This document shows, piece after piece, positions 1-9,173 of a stretch of DNA of 32,000 bases. The notes under the pieces are model-generated. The model made no database searches, was not told where the DNA came from, and saw only the letters and a list, made by a program, of their open reading frames with translations. Position 1 is the first letter of the stretch. Each line of letters opens with the position of its first letter. A program made the translations under genes and the position numbers. Source of the stretch: Raphidiopsis brookii D9 (lineage in GTDB: Bacteria; Cyanobacteriota; Cyanobacteriia; Cyanobacteriales; Nostocaceae); the NCBI GenBank assembly GCA_000175855.1, contig ACYB01000035.1, positions 494,795 through 526,794 on the forward strand, written 5' to 3'.

Positions 1-333
1 GGCAAACTCCAAGTAGGGAAGTCTCCGTTGTCCGAGAACTAACATGATTACACCTCTTGCTTGTGCTACTAAAATTGTGTTGGCCATTCGGTAAAAAAAC
101 AATCTTTCAATAGCAACTACGTCTGGTTGTAATTCATCTAGCAGGGTGTGCAAATCATCAAATAAAGTAGATAATCGTTGGGTGATTTCCATATCAGAGG
201 GGGTGCGAATCACACCGAAATCAACCATTGTTATGGTGGTGTCCGACAATTTGGCTGACCTTTGCTCCAAGGAAATCGCACCAAACCCAACTATTGCTAA
301 TCCTGGATCTAATCCTAAAATTTGCCGTGTCAT
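1..333 (-). CDS. ruvC: Crossover junction endodeoxyribonuclease RuvC, N-terminal part (gene runs off the left edge)
   Basis: Absent from the ORF track because it is open at the window edge. Reverse-strand translation from the ATG at 333-331 gives [24 protein letters not shown]...[42 protein letters not shown]. The GLDPG catalytic-Asp motif and the AIE-x-LFF motif are RuvC signatures. Confidence 0.85.
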   Translation of the reverse strand, partial: MTRQILGLDPGLAIVGFGAISLEQRSAKLSDTTITMVDFGVIRTPSDMEITQRLSTLFDDLHTLLDELQPDVVAIERLFFYRMANTILVAQARGVIMLVLGQRRLPYLEFA

Positions 334-482
334 AAATAATAATTCCGGTTTCTGGATTGAAATTTGGTTGACCCAGGACTTGGTTGGGAGTTTCCGGTTA
401 GCAATGGCCAAATCATGAAGGATTAAATACTAGATAGTATATAATTTTAAACACTTCCTGTACCATACTCCCTTTTTTAGGT

Positions 483-1853
483 ATGTCCATCGGTTTTCTG
501 AAACAGGCTATTAATGCTATACACAACCAACCATATAGCAGCACTACCCATCGGGTCAACCAATGGTTTAAATGGTTATCTCCTGGAATATCGGTGAAAC
601 GGTGGTTTATGGTCACTGTCAGCGGTGTCCTCCTAGCCATTTTGGGTTTGGCCATTTGGATGAAGCTAACCCCCATCTTTTGGATCTTAGAGTTACTCAA
701 GGGTTTATTGGCCCTTTTAACGGACATTTTACCCCACTATGTCAGTGGACCCTTAGTTTTGTTATTGGGTGGACTCCTAGTGCTTTGGGGACAATCTCGC
801 ACCGTGGGTTCCATTACTCAAGCTTTAAGACCACAGGGATCCCAAGAGGAACTCATAGATGTGATCTTAGCACATCATCGTTTGTATCGAGGTCCAAAAA
901 TTGTGGTTGTTGGCGGTGGTACTGGACTTTCTACCCTACTAAGGGGACTAAAAACTTATAGCGCCAATATTACTGCGATTGTCACTGTTGCTGATGATGG
1001 TGGATCTTCTGGTAGGTTACGTCAGGAATTTGGTGTTTTGCCCCCGGGTGATATTCGCAATTGTTTAGCTGCTCTTGCAGATGAGGAAAAGTTATTAACT
1101 GAATTATTTCAATATCGTTTTCGAGCTGGTGATGGACTCACAGGACACAGCTTTGGTAATTTGTTCTTAACTGCTATGAGTGACATCACTGGGGATTTAG
1201 AACGAGCAGTGGCAGCTAGCTCTAAAGTATTGGCGGTTAGAGGACAAGTTCTACCTGCTACCTTGAGTGATGTTCGCCTTTGGGCGGAAATGGCTGATGG
1301 TCGTCGTATAGAAGGAGAATCTAGCATTCCTAAGGCTGGAGGTAAAATTGTCAAGATTGGCTGTCTCCCCGCCAACCCTCCTGCCATACCCGCAGCTATT
1401 AAGGCTATTCGCAGTGCTGATTATATTATTGTTGGACCTGGTAGTTTATATACTAGCCTCATCCCTAACTTGCTAGTTCCTGAAATTACTCAGGCGATAG
1501 CCTGTGCTAATGTACCTCGTATTTATATCTGTAATATTATGACCCAACCAGGAGAGACGGAAGGATATAGTGTATCTGAACATATTCGAGCTATTGACCA
1601 TGCTTGTGGCGATCGCAAACTTTTTGATGCTGTCCTGGTGCATAGAAGAAGTCCCTCGGCTCAAGCTTTAATCCGCTATGCTCAGCAAAATTCCCACCCT
1701 GTATTTCTGGACACGGAAGCTGTTTCCCAATTAGGAAGACGCATTGTTCCTGCTAATGTAATATATGAGGATGAAACGGGTTTTGTTCGTCATGACCCCC
1801 AAAAACTAGCTAGGGTTCTATTAAAATGGTATGGTGCTGCGAGTAAAAAATAG
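483..1853 (+). CDS. yvcK: YvcK/CofD-family (UPF0052, gluconeogenesis-factor-like) protein with N-terminal membrane segments
   Basis: 456-aa ORF. Hydrophobic N-terminal ~100 aa, then [31 protein letters not shown] and [13 protein letters not shown] motifs typical of the YvcK/CofD family. Confidence 0.8.
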   Translation: MSIGFLKQAINAIHNQPYSSTTHRVNQWFKWLSPGISVKRWFMVTVSGVLLAILGLAIWMKLTPIFWILELLKGLLALLTDILPHYVSGPLVLLLGGLLVLWGQSRTVGSITQALRPQGSQEELIDVILAHHRLYRGPKIVVVGGGTGLSTLLRGLKTYSANITAIVTVADDGGSSGRLRQEFGVLPPGDIRNCLAALADEEKLLTELFQYRFRAGDGLTGHSFGNLFLTAMSDITGDLERAVAASSKVLAVRGQVLPATLSDVRLWAEMADGRRIEGESSIPKAGGKIVKIGCLPANPPAIPAAIKAIRSADYIIVGPGSLYTSLIPNLLVPEITQAIACANVPRIYICNIMTQPGETEGYSVSEHIRAIDHACGDRKLFDAVLVHRRSPSAQALIRYAQQNSHPVFLDTEAVSQLGRRIVPANVIYEDETGFVRHDPQKLARVLLKWYGAASKK

Positions 1854-1871
1854 GATCCACAAATTATTGTT

Positions 1872-2300
1872 ATGACTAGGATCTACCTGCAAGATGCAAA
1901 AGCTACACGGGAATTTGGCATTAATTTGGCAAAAACCCTGAAGCCAGGTACGGTAATTTTATTACAGGGTGATTTAGGTGCAGGTAAAACTACTTTAGTG
2001 CAAGCCATAGGGGAAGGTTTAGGTATCAGTGACCCAATTGTCAGTCCTACCTTTACCCTAATTAATGAATACACTGATGGCATCCTACCTCTTTATCACC
2101 TGGATTTGTATCGCCTAGAACCTCAGGACGTAGCCAATCTCTATTTAGAAAACTACTGGGAAGGAATAGACACCACCCTGGGAATTGTGGCTGTTGAATG
2201 GCCTGAACGCATGCCATACCTACCTCATAGCTATTTAAAGCTGATTCTGACTTATGAACAGGATAATAACTCTCGTTATGTAGAAATTATTAGCTGCTGA
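1872..2300 (+). CDS. tsaE: tRNA threonylcarbamoyladenosine (t6A) biosynthesis protein TsaE (YjeE ATPase)
   Basis: 142 aa. P-loop GDLGAGKTTLVQ, SPTFTLINEY and YHLDLYRL motifs; size typical of TsaE. Confidence 0.85.
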   Translation: MTRIYLQDAKATREFGINLAKTLKPGTVILLQGDLGAGKTTLVQAIGEGLGISDPIVSPTFTLINEYTDGILPLYHLDLYRLEPQDVANLYLENYWEGIDTTLGIVAVEWPERMPYLPHSYLKLILTYEQDNNSRYVEIISC

Positions 2301-3197
2301 CTACCTTGAAACATAAGCTAGAGCAAAACGATTAATTCCAGCTAGGTCAGTGTGAATAGAAATATGGGAATAATTGCCATTATTTATCAGCATTTCTCTA
2401 ACCATTTCGTCTTGTCCAGCCATCATTTCAATTAACCATACACCACCTGGGAGCAAATAGTGGGGAGAAACTTCTACTAGATAACGAATTGCTTCCAAAC
2501 CGTCCACACCTCCATCTAAAGCTAAATGGGGTTCGTGCTTGACTACTTCCGGTTCTAGGGTTCCTATCAGATCACTAGGAATATAAGGTGGATTGGACAC
2601 CATACCACTAATTTTACCCTTGAGGTGATTTAGAGGTTCCCACCAGCACCCCTGGTGGAATTCCACCCGCTGTGTAAAACCCAGGTTCCTTGCATTTGTC
2701 CTAGCAACGGCCAAAGCCTGTTCGCTTATGTCCGTACCATAAATCTTAGCATTTGTCAATACCTCTACCAAACCCAGGGCGATCGCTCCACTACCAGTAC
2801 CTAAATCCACCCAGATTCCGGATTGCAGGTCTTGGTTAGCAGATTCGATCACCAGGTCAATGAGTATCTCCGTTTCTGGTCTGGGGATTAACACTGCGTC
2901 GGACACAGCAAGGGTAAAGTTTCGCCAAGGGGTTCTACCTGCAAGATACTGAATTGGCACTCTTTGTTGTAACCGCTTTTGCCACAGACTGTCTAATTCA
3001 GCTAGGGATAGCACCATGGTCATTTCTTGGTAGTCTTTAAAAGATTCCAAACGCAGTGTTAATTTGTCCATTCCTGCTAGCTCTTGTAAGAGCCAATCCA
3101 CCTCTCGTGGTGAAATACCCTTAACTAAAGCAGTAGTTATAGCCGAATTTCGCCATTTCCATAGTGCAATTCCGCTAGTTAGCTGTTGATTAATCAT
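2301..3197 (-). CDS. prmC: Peptide chain release factor N5-glutamine methyltransferase PrmC (HemK)
   Basis: 298 aa. SAM-binding DLGTGSGAI and catalytic NPPY (VSNPPYIP). Its start overlaps the upstream gene's stop in an ATGA (3197-3194). Its stop abuts the tsaE stop with zero spacer. Confidence 0.85.
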   Translation of the reverse strand: MINQQLTSGIALWKWRNSAITTALVKGISPREVDWLLQELAGMDKLTLRLESFKDYQEMTMVLSLAELDSLWQKRLQQRVPIQYLAGRTPWRNFTLAVSDAVLIPRPETEILIDLVIESANQDLQSGIWVDLGTGSGAIALGLVEVLTNAKIYGTDISEQALAVARTNARNLGFTQRVEFHQGCWWEPLNHLKGKISGMVSNPPYIPSDLIGTLEPEVVKHEPHLALDGGVDGLEAIRYLVEVSPHYLLPGGVWLIEMMAGQDEMVREMLINNGNYSHISIHTDLAGINRFALAYVSR

Positions 3198-4012
3198 GAG
3201 CGTGGTTTTGGGGGTATGGTTTTTGGCTGGGCGCTATTGGAACGCAGACTATTAAGGTGTTGTCTGGATTCGGGGGATGGAATCAAAACCAGCTGTTTTA
3301 ACCAATCATCGTTGTTTTGAGTCAAGATATTAATTAATCCATCCACACCTACAACCTGAATATAGGACTGGGGGAACTTTCCCTTCACCTTGGTCAGTAA
3401 ATTTTGGGCATCTTGTTTGCTAAAAAACAAGGGAATTATGGTTTGGGGTTTTTTCCCACCTACTTGAATAGTAATGTGACTTTTATCCTTCCCAGATATG
3501 ACCATAAAAATCGGCACACTTTTTAACTGCTCTACCCGTTGACCACTAGCTTTCATTAGCTGTGCTGCTCCCGTCATTTCTTGGGACACCGGGTTAAAGG
3601 AAAACAAAAGCTGACTAGGTTGATTTTGTTGTTGTTGCTGTTTTTGATATATAAGTCCCAAAGGTACGGTAGTAACCTGCAACTTTTTGAGCATTTCCTG
3701 GTTTTTTGGGTCCTTGTCTTTCCCTCGAATTTGCCTAAACTTTTGCACAAAGTTTAAAGCTTCTTGACGGCTCATATATACATCCGTTACTGCTCTTTCC
3801 TGTTTTCCATCTTGGGAAGATATCATGCGACTTAAAGGTGTACCCTGGTCATTAGTTATCAAGTACACTGGAACTGCATCTAATTTACCCTTAATTTCTT
3901 GTGGTGGTAAGGCAAATACGGTGTTACCATGGCTTAAAGTAATCCCTAAAGTACTAGCGATTAAACCCAAGTTAATACCCACACGAACTAATGACTTGAT
4001 AAATGATTTCAT
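3194..4012 (-). CDS. Tic22-family periplasmic/thylakoid-lumen chaperone-like protein
   Basis: 272 aa with an N-terminal signal-like hydrophobic segment. Two repeats of the Tic22 pattern: (VPVYLITNDQGTPL ... MSRQEALNFVQKF) and (VPIFMVISGKD ... FFSKQDAQNLLTKVK). Internal poly-Q linker. Confidence 0.65.
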   Translation of the reverse strand: MKSFIKSLVRVGINLGLIASTLGITLSHGNTVFALPPQEIKGKLDAVPVYLITNDQGTPLSRMISSQDGKQERAVTDVYMSRQEALNFVQKFRQIRGKDKDPKNQEMLKKLQVTTVPLGLIYQKQQQQQNQPSQLLFSFNPVSQEMTGAAQLMKASGQRVEQLKSVPIFMVISGKDKSHITIQVGGKKPQTIIPLFFSKQDAQNLLTKVKGKFPQSYIQVVGVDGLINILTQNNDDWLKQLVLIPSPESRQHLNSLRSNSAQPKTIPPKPRS

Positions 4013-4120
4013 AACTGCTTCTGTCTAATTGGGCTTTATTACCAAGAACGGGTGGAGGAAAATCCTCACACCCCTTGACATTAATTTCTTGACATTAGTT
4101 TCATGGTCAAGATATTTATA

Positions 4121-6178
4121 TCAAGTTACACCGAAAACAATAACTAAGCCCAAAACAGCTCCGAACACAATCAGAGCATAAAACTGAGCGCGACCATTTT
4201 CTAGGTACTTCAGACCCTCACCACTGACCAGGGTGAAAAACCCAGTCAAATTAACCGCACCATCTACAACTCGAAAATCAACTTCCATAACTTGTCGAGC
4301 TACACGACGCAAACCAAGAACAAACACCCGATAATAGATATCGTCAAAGTACCATTTATTCAACGATAACTCGTACAGAGACCGGAACTTAGCAGCGATC
4401 GCACTGGGGTCAATTTTCTTAGACCAATACATAAGAATTGCCAAAGTAATGCCCACCACAGAAATAGCTACAGAACTACCCGCCATGAGATAAAATTCAT
4501 GGGGGTCAAATTTTGACGCTTTTTCCATTACTTCTGTGAGAGTTTCGGTTGGGGAAAAAATAAACTGCTCAAAATAGTTAGCATAGGGAGTTCCCACCAG
4601 TCCAATCAGAATAGAAGGAATAGCCAATACTAACAAGGGTAGAGTCATCGTCCAAGGAGACTCATGGGGTGAGTGTCCATGACCATGACTTTCCAACTCA
4701 CCTTTTTTCATTGCTCCTGGTCCAAAATTAGGTTGCAATTCCCCGCCTAACTTAGCAGTAGCTTGTTTGAGCATGGTTTTGATGGTTTGGTCATTACCCC
4801 GGAATTGACCCTCAAATGTTGAGAAATACATTCTAAACATGTAAAAGGCGGTGATTCCAGCAGTTACCCAACCAATCAACCATAGTAAAGGATTTGCAGC
4901 AAAAGCTGCACCCAATATTTCATCTTTAGACCAGAACCCAGCAAAGGGTGGAATCCCAGCAATTGCCAAACAACCTATTAAAAAGGTAATCCCCGTAGCT
5001 GGCATATATTTCCTTAATCCACCCATTAAGCGCATGTCCTGAGCTAAAACTGGGTCGTGACCCACCACTCCTTCCATACCATGAATCACTGACCCAGAAC
5101 CCAAAAACAGCATTGCTTTAAAATAAGCATGGGTCATCAGGTGAAATAAACCCGCACTGTAAGCACCCACTCCCATGGCCATGACCATATAACCCAATTG
5201 AGAAATGGTGGAGTACGCCAGTCCCTTTTTAATGTCATTTTGGGTAATGGCAATAGTCGCTCCCAAAAATGCTGTAAATGCTCCCGTAAAGGCAATCACA
5301 TTCATAGCAGCTGGCACGTGTTCAAACACCGGATACATTCGCGCAATTAAAAATACGCCTGCTGCTACCATTGTAGCTGCATGGATAAGCGCAGAAATCG
5401 GTGTGGGACCTTCCATAGCATCTGGGAGCCACACATGCAGCGGAAATTGGGCTGATTTGGCTACTGGACCGAGAAACACCAAAATGGCAAACAGAATCGC
5501 CAATGCATTGCTAATAGTACCCGATTCTACCAATTCTCCTAGGCGATCGCCCATGATAGTAAAATCAAAGCTACCTGTGGCCCAAAACAGTCCTAGAATC
5601 CCCAGCAACAACCCAAAGTCACCTACTCGGTTAGTTACAAATGCCTTTTGACAGGCCTCTGCTGCTGGTTTGCGGTCATACCAAAAACCCACCAGTAGGT
5701 ATGAACACATCCCTACCAATTCCCAAAAAATGTAAACTTGCACTAAATTAGGACTCAGTACCAACCCTAACATCGAAGAGCCGAATAAACTGAGATAAGC
5801 ATAAAATCGCACGTAACCCGGGTCATGACACATGTAGCCATCTGTGTAAATCATCACCAAAAAAGCTACCGTGGTTACCACTACTAACATCATAGCTGTC
5901 AGGTGGTCAATAGTATAGCCCATACTTAGGTGAAAGTTACCTGCTGATGCCCATTCCAGAGTAATTGTGTAGGGCGCATGACCTTGGTATTGACTCCATA
6001 ACAATGCCATAGAGAGACCCATAGCAATTCCCATCAAGGAGACAATCAGAACAGCATTTAGCTGTCGCAGGCGATTTGTTGTCTGATTTAACGATATTAG
6101 TCCTAGACCTACCAGCATTGCTCCTAAGAGGGGTAAAACTGGAATTATCCAGGCATACTGATAGATTACTTCCATCAC
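4121..6178 (-). CDS. ndhF: NAD(P)H-quinone oxidoreductase (NDH-1) subunit 5, NdhF1 type
   Basis: 685-aa polytopic membrane protein. MMEVIYQYAWIIPVLPLLGA N-terminus and conserved antiporter-like core (WLPDAMEGPTPISALIHAATMVAAGVFL). Length fits the respiratory NdhF1 rather than the shorter NdhF3/F4. Confidence 0.9.
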   Translation of the reverse strand: MMEVIYQYAWIIPVLPLLGAMLVGLGLISLNQTTNRLRQLNAVLIVSLMGIAMGLSMALLWSQYQGHAPYTITLEWASAGNFHLSMGYTIDHLTAMMLVVVTTVAFLVMIYTDGYMCHDPGYVRFYAYLSLFGSSMLGLVLSPNLVQVYIFWELVGMCSYLLVGFWYDRKPAAEACQKAFVTNRVGDFGLLLGILGLFWATGSFDFTIMGDRLGELVESGTISNALAILFAILVFLGPVAKSAQFPLHVWLPDAMEGPTPISALIHAATMVAAGVFLIARMYPVFEHVPAAMNVIAFTGAFTAFLGATIAITQNDIKKGLAYSTISQLGYMVMAMGVGAYSAGLFHLMTHAYFKAMLFLGSGSVIHGMEGVVGHDPVLAQDMRLMGGLRKYMPATGITFLIGCLAIAGIPPFAGFWSKDEILGAAFAANPLLWLIGWVTAGITAFYMFRMYFSTFEGQFRGNDQTIKTMLKQATAKLGGELQPNFGPGAMKKGELESHGHGHSPHESPWTMTLPLLVLAIPSILIGLVGTPYANYFEQFIFSPTETLTEVMEKASKFDPHEFYLMAGSSVAISVVGITLAILMYWSKKIDPSAIAAKFRSLYELSLNKWYFDDIYYRVFVLGLRRVARQVMEVDFRVVDGAVNLTGFFTLVSGEGLKYLENGRAQFYALIVFGAVLGLVIVFGVT

Positions 6179-6412
6179 TCACGCCTACTTTCAAAATTTT
6201 GACCATTTGAGGACAATAATGCCACAACTTTCCCCTTGATGACTGTGGATTAGGAAATGAGAGCAAATCAAAATTTTTTTCACCTCTTCTATATCCAGGA
6301 TGCAACAACTGGGCGGGAATTACCTCTCTGCTATATAAAATCTAGACAAAACTAGACTTTACTTTCTAATTCAACGGGAGCGAGGGGTTATCCCTCAGTT
6401 AATAGGACTTTC

Positions 6413-6811
6413 TTATGTTAAAGATATAGGTACGCCTACTTTTTTGCCTGTTTCCCTTTTTCTCTTTCCCACTCCCCTGTTACTAATATATTTGTATTTT
6501 ATTTCTCCCAATGCTTGACGTAAATCATCCCGACTGCGAAAACCTTCTAAACGTTCCCGGACAATTCCCTTTTCTATTAGTAGTAGGGTTGGTAGGGATT
6601 TCAGTCTATAGGTCGTAGACAACTTAAAATTTTGGTCGGCGTTAACCCCCACCAGTTTCACGCCTACCCCGCATTCAGCTTGAAACTGTAGCAACAATGG
6701 ATGGATAAGACGACACAATCCACACCAGGGAGCCTCAAAATTAACTAACACAGGTACTGAGGACTCTAAAACTTCTTCAGTAAATGTTCGATCACTAACC
6801 GATAACACCAT
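6413..6811 (-). CDS. Thioredoxin-fold protein with atypical WCGLC active site and basic C-terminal tail
   Basis: The ORF-track ORF starts at a GTG (6856). The first ATG (6811) gives MVLSVSDRTFTEEVLESSVPVLVNFEAPWCGLCR..., a standard thioredoxin layout with CGLC in place of CGPC. Lys/Arg-rich ~25-aa tail. Confidence 0.75.
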   Translation of the reverse strand: MVLSVSDRTFTEEVLESSVPVLVNFEAPWCGLCRLIHPLLLQFQAECGVGVKLVGVNADQNFKLSTTYRLKSLPTLLLIEKGIVRERLEGFRSRDDLRQALGEIKYKYISNRGVGKRKRETGKKVGVPISLT

Positions 6812-7232
6812 GACGCCTCTTGATTTATAGGGTTTTTTATCACCAGCAACTATCACCGACAGGTCTTAAGAAAATCAGATTTCTATGTGAAATTAGGGGA
6901 TTGACCACCCGCAATTTCTGACCTTCTTTTGCTCCGACACCAAAAATATTTAGGGACAGTTATAAAATTACTGTCAGGATATGCATGGTATCTTATCGCA
7001 TTAAACAGTTTCTATTTTTATTATTGGTTTTATCCAAACCAAGATATCTATCGGCTAGTCACCATGCATTAACTATGTTTTGGGTTTGCTTCATTGATAA
7101 TCCAGGTAATAATCTAGTATGACACAATTTGGGGATCATTAACCACTTTTAAGAAAGGCGGATAATTTAACCAACAGTTTAGCCAAATTAGTGAAATTAA
7201 AATCTTATGGCAACAGTAGGGATCGTTGCTAA

Positions 7233-7949
7233 CTACCATAATACCATATTGCTGGACAGGATTAACAAAGGATGAGACCACCAAAATAAACCTACAAAAA
7301 TGGCGACTCCCAAGTAAGCAGGACGAATAAATTCCTGCCACTTTAGCGATTGTCGACCATCAAAAATTGCTTGAAAGGGAATAATGGAAGTGCGCTGTCT
7401 GACTAGTTCAAAAGCTTCACCATATCTTTGACTCAACCGGTGATCTCCATGCCAAACTCCAAATAAATGGTGTAAAATTAAACCCAGTGATGTCACCAAA
7501 GTGAAGCTGGTGCCAATCCAAAGGGTGTGGGCAATACACCAGATCACTTGTCCTACCATTTGTGGGTGGCGAGTAATCCGAATAATACCTGTTTCATAAA
7601 GGTGGACTTGAGGCTTTTGAATGGCAGCAATTTCTAGTAAATTGAAGGTAGCAGGATATAAAAATAAAAAGGAAATCGCTGATAATACCCAAACGGTTAA
7701 CTTTACTCCCCCCATATCTTGTAATTGCCATAGTTGCCAACCATCATAACGATGATTAAAAAAGTAGCTAATTAAGACCGCTGCTAGGGGTAGGCTAATC
7801 AGTGCAAATGCGATTCGATACAATCTAGGTCCAACTTGTTTTTCTGCCCAGGGACGCAGAGCTGCACCTCCACTATGGGCGATCGCAAAAATCAACTGTA
7901 AACCCAACATGATAAAATGACTGGTGGTCAACCAAGAATTGGAAATCAT
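7233..7949 (-). CDS. NnrU-family integral membrane protein
   Basis: Polytopic membrane ORF. The RITRHPQMVGQVIWCIAHTLWIG motif is typical of the NnrU domain. The ORF-track start at 7958 is a TTG; the first ATG is at 7949. Confidence 0.65.
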   Translation of the reverse strand: MISNSWLTTSHFIMLGLQLIFAIAHSGGAALRPWAEKQVGPRLYRIAFALISLPLAAVLISYFFNHRYDGWQLWQLQDMGGVKLTVWVLSAISFLFLYPATFNLLEIAAIQKPQVHLYETGIIRITRHPQMVGQVIWCIAHTLWIGTSFTLVTSLGLILHHLFGVWHGDHRLSQRYGEAFELVRQRTSIIPFQAIFDGRQSLKWQEFIRPAYLGVAIFVGLFWWSHPLLILSSNMVLW

Positions 7950-8134
7950 AAAGTACAACTCGAATCCAACATTTACAATACCTCAGTGTAGCTAAGTGCA
8001 GGTAACAAATATAGAGTTAAAAACAGCTAACCGGTAAATGATATAAAAGTCATATAAATCATTGCCCATGTTAAAACTACCTGCGCCAATTAATTTTCCC
8101 AGATGCTCTTTCCCTAGTTTATAGGTTAAGCCCT

Positions 8135-9154
8135 ATGTCTGACCTTCCTTTCACTTTAGACCAGTTACGCATTCTCAAAGCTATTGCCCAAGAAGGGAGC
8201 TTTAAACGTGCTGCTGAGAGTCTTTATGTCTCCCAACCAGCTGTCAGCTTGCAAGTACAAAACCTGGAACGTCAGTTAGATGTTCCCCTATTTGACCGGG
8301 GTGGGAGACGGGCCCAACTGACTGAAGCTGGACATCTCCTCCTTAGCTATGGTGAAAAAATCTTGGGTTTGTGCCAAGAAACTTGCCGTGCAATTGAGGA
8401 TTTACAAAATCTTCAAGGTGGTACCCTGATTGTCGGTGCTTCTCAAACTACGGGAACATACCTGCTACCACGTATGATTGGTATGTTTCGTCAAAAATAC
8501 CCCGATGTGGCCGTACAACTTCATGTTCACTCAACCCGTCGTACAGCATGGAGTGTGGCTAATGGACAGGTTGATTTGGCAATTATTGGTGGTGAAATAC
8601 CCACGGAACTGGCAGAATATTTGGAGGTTCTCCCATACTCTGAAGATGAGTTAGCCCTCATATTACCCACCTTCCACCCTTTTACCAAACTCCATACCAT
8701 TCAAAAGGAAGACCTATATAAACTACAGTTTATTGCCCTCGATTCCCAATCTACTATCCGTAAAGTTATTGACCATGTGCTAGTACGTTGTGGTCTTGAT
8801 ACTAGAAGATTTAAATTTGAAATGGAGCTAAATTCCATTGAAGCTATTAAAAATGCTGTTCAGTCCGGTTTGGGCGCTGCCTTTGTTTCTACTTCAGCTA
8901 TTGTTAAGGAGTTACAAATGGGCATGCTCCATCGCTCAACCATTGAGGGTGTAATTGTCAAACGCACACTGTGGTTGATTTTTAACCCTAACCGCTATCG
9001 TTCTAAAGCTGCAGAAGCTTTCAGCGAAGAAATTCTTCCCCGCTTTGCTAATCCTGGATGGAATCCAAATGCCTTAAAAACCTCAACACCTACTAATAAT
9101 CTGTTAGATATAGACACAGATAATGACAGTTTATTCGCATCAGATTCGGAATAA
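8135..9154 (+). CDS. rbcR: LysR-family transcriptional regulator, RbcR/Ycf30-like
   Basis: The N-terminal [48 protein letters not shown] closely resembles plastid Ycf30 and cyanobacterial RbcR as I remember them. LysR substrate-binding domain follows, then a ~35-aa acidic tail. The subfamily call is from memory, not a search. Confidence 0.7.
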   Translation: MSDLPFTLDQLRILKAIAQEGSFKRAAESLYVSQPAVSLQVQNLERQLDVPLFDRGGRRAQLTEAGHLLLSYGEKILGLCQETCRAIEDLQNLQGGTLIVGASQTTGTYLLPRMIGMFRQKYPDVAVQLHVHSTRRTAWSVANGQVDLAIIGGEIPTELAEYLEVLPYSEDELALILPTFHPFTKLHTIQKEDLYKLQFIALDSQSTIRKVIDHVLVRCGLDTRRFKFEMELNSIEAIKNAVQSGLGAAFVSTSAIVKELQMGMLHRSTIEGVIVKRTLWLIFNPNRYRSKAAEAFSEEILPRFANPGWNPNALKTSTPTNNLLDIDTDNDSLFASDSE

Positions 9155-9173
9155 TTCACATTAACTTACTTCT

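Noticed and set aside
146-418. 90-aa plus-strand ORF at the left edge
   Set aside because: It is the antisense shadow of ruvC. The reverse strand gives a clean RuvC N-terminus, while the plus-strand product has no recognisable features.
413-1664. ORFs 413-727(-), 572-961(+), 1109-1387(-), 1473-1664(-)
   Set aside because: All lie inside or antisense to the well-supported yvcK-like CDS and have low-complexity, motif-free translations.
3623-3646. TTG/CTG trinucleotide run (poly-Q on the reverse strand)
   Set aside because: It simply encodes the QQQQQNQ linker within the Tic22-like protein. It is a short coding low-complexity tract, not a regulatory microsatellite.
4851-6308. ORFs 4851-5042(+), 5205-5651(+), 5937-6308(-)
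   Set aside because: These are alternative-frame or antisense shadows of ndhF. The ndhF reading frame is unambiguous.
7114-7341. 75-aa reverse-strand ORF overlapping the 3' end of the NnrU gene
   Set aside because: It overlaps the NnrU CDS in another frame and shows no motif. Probably spurious.
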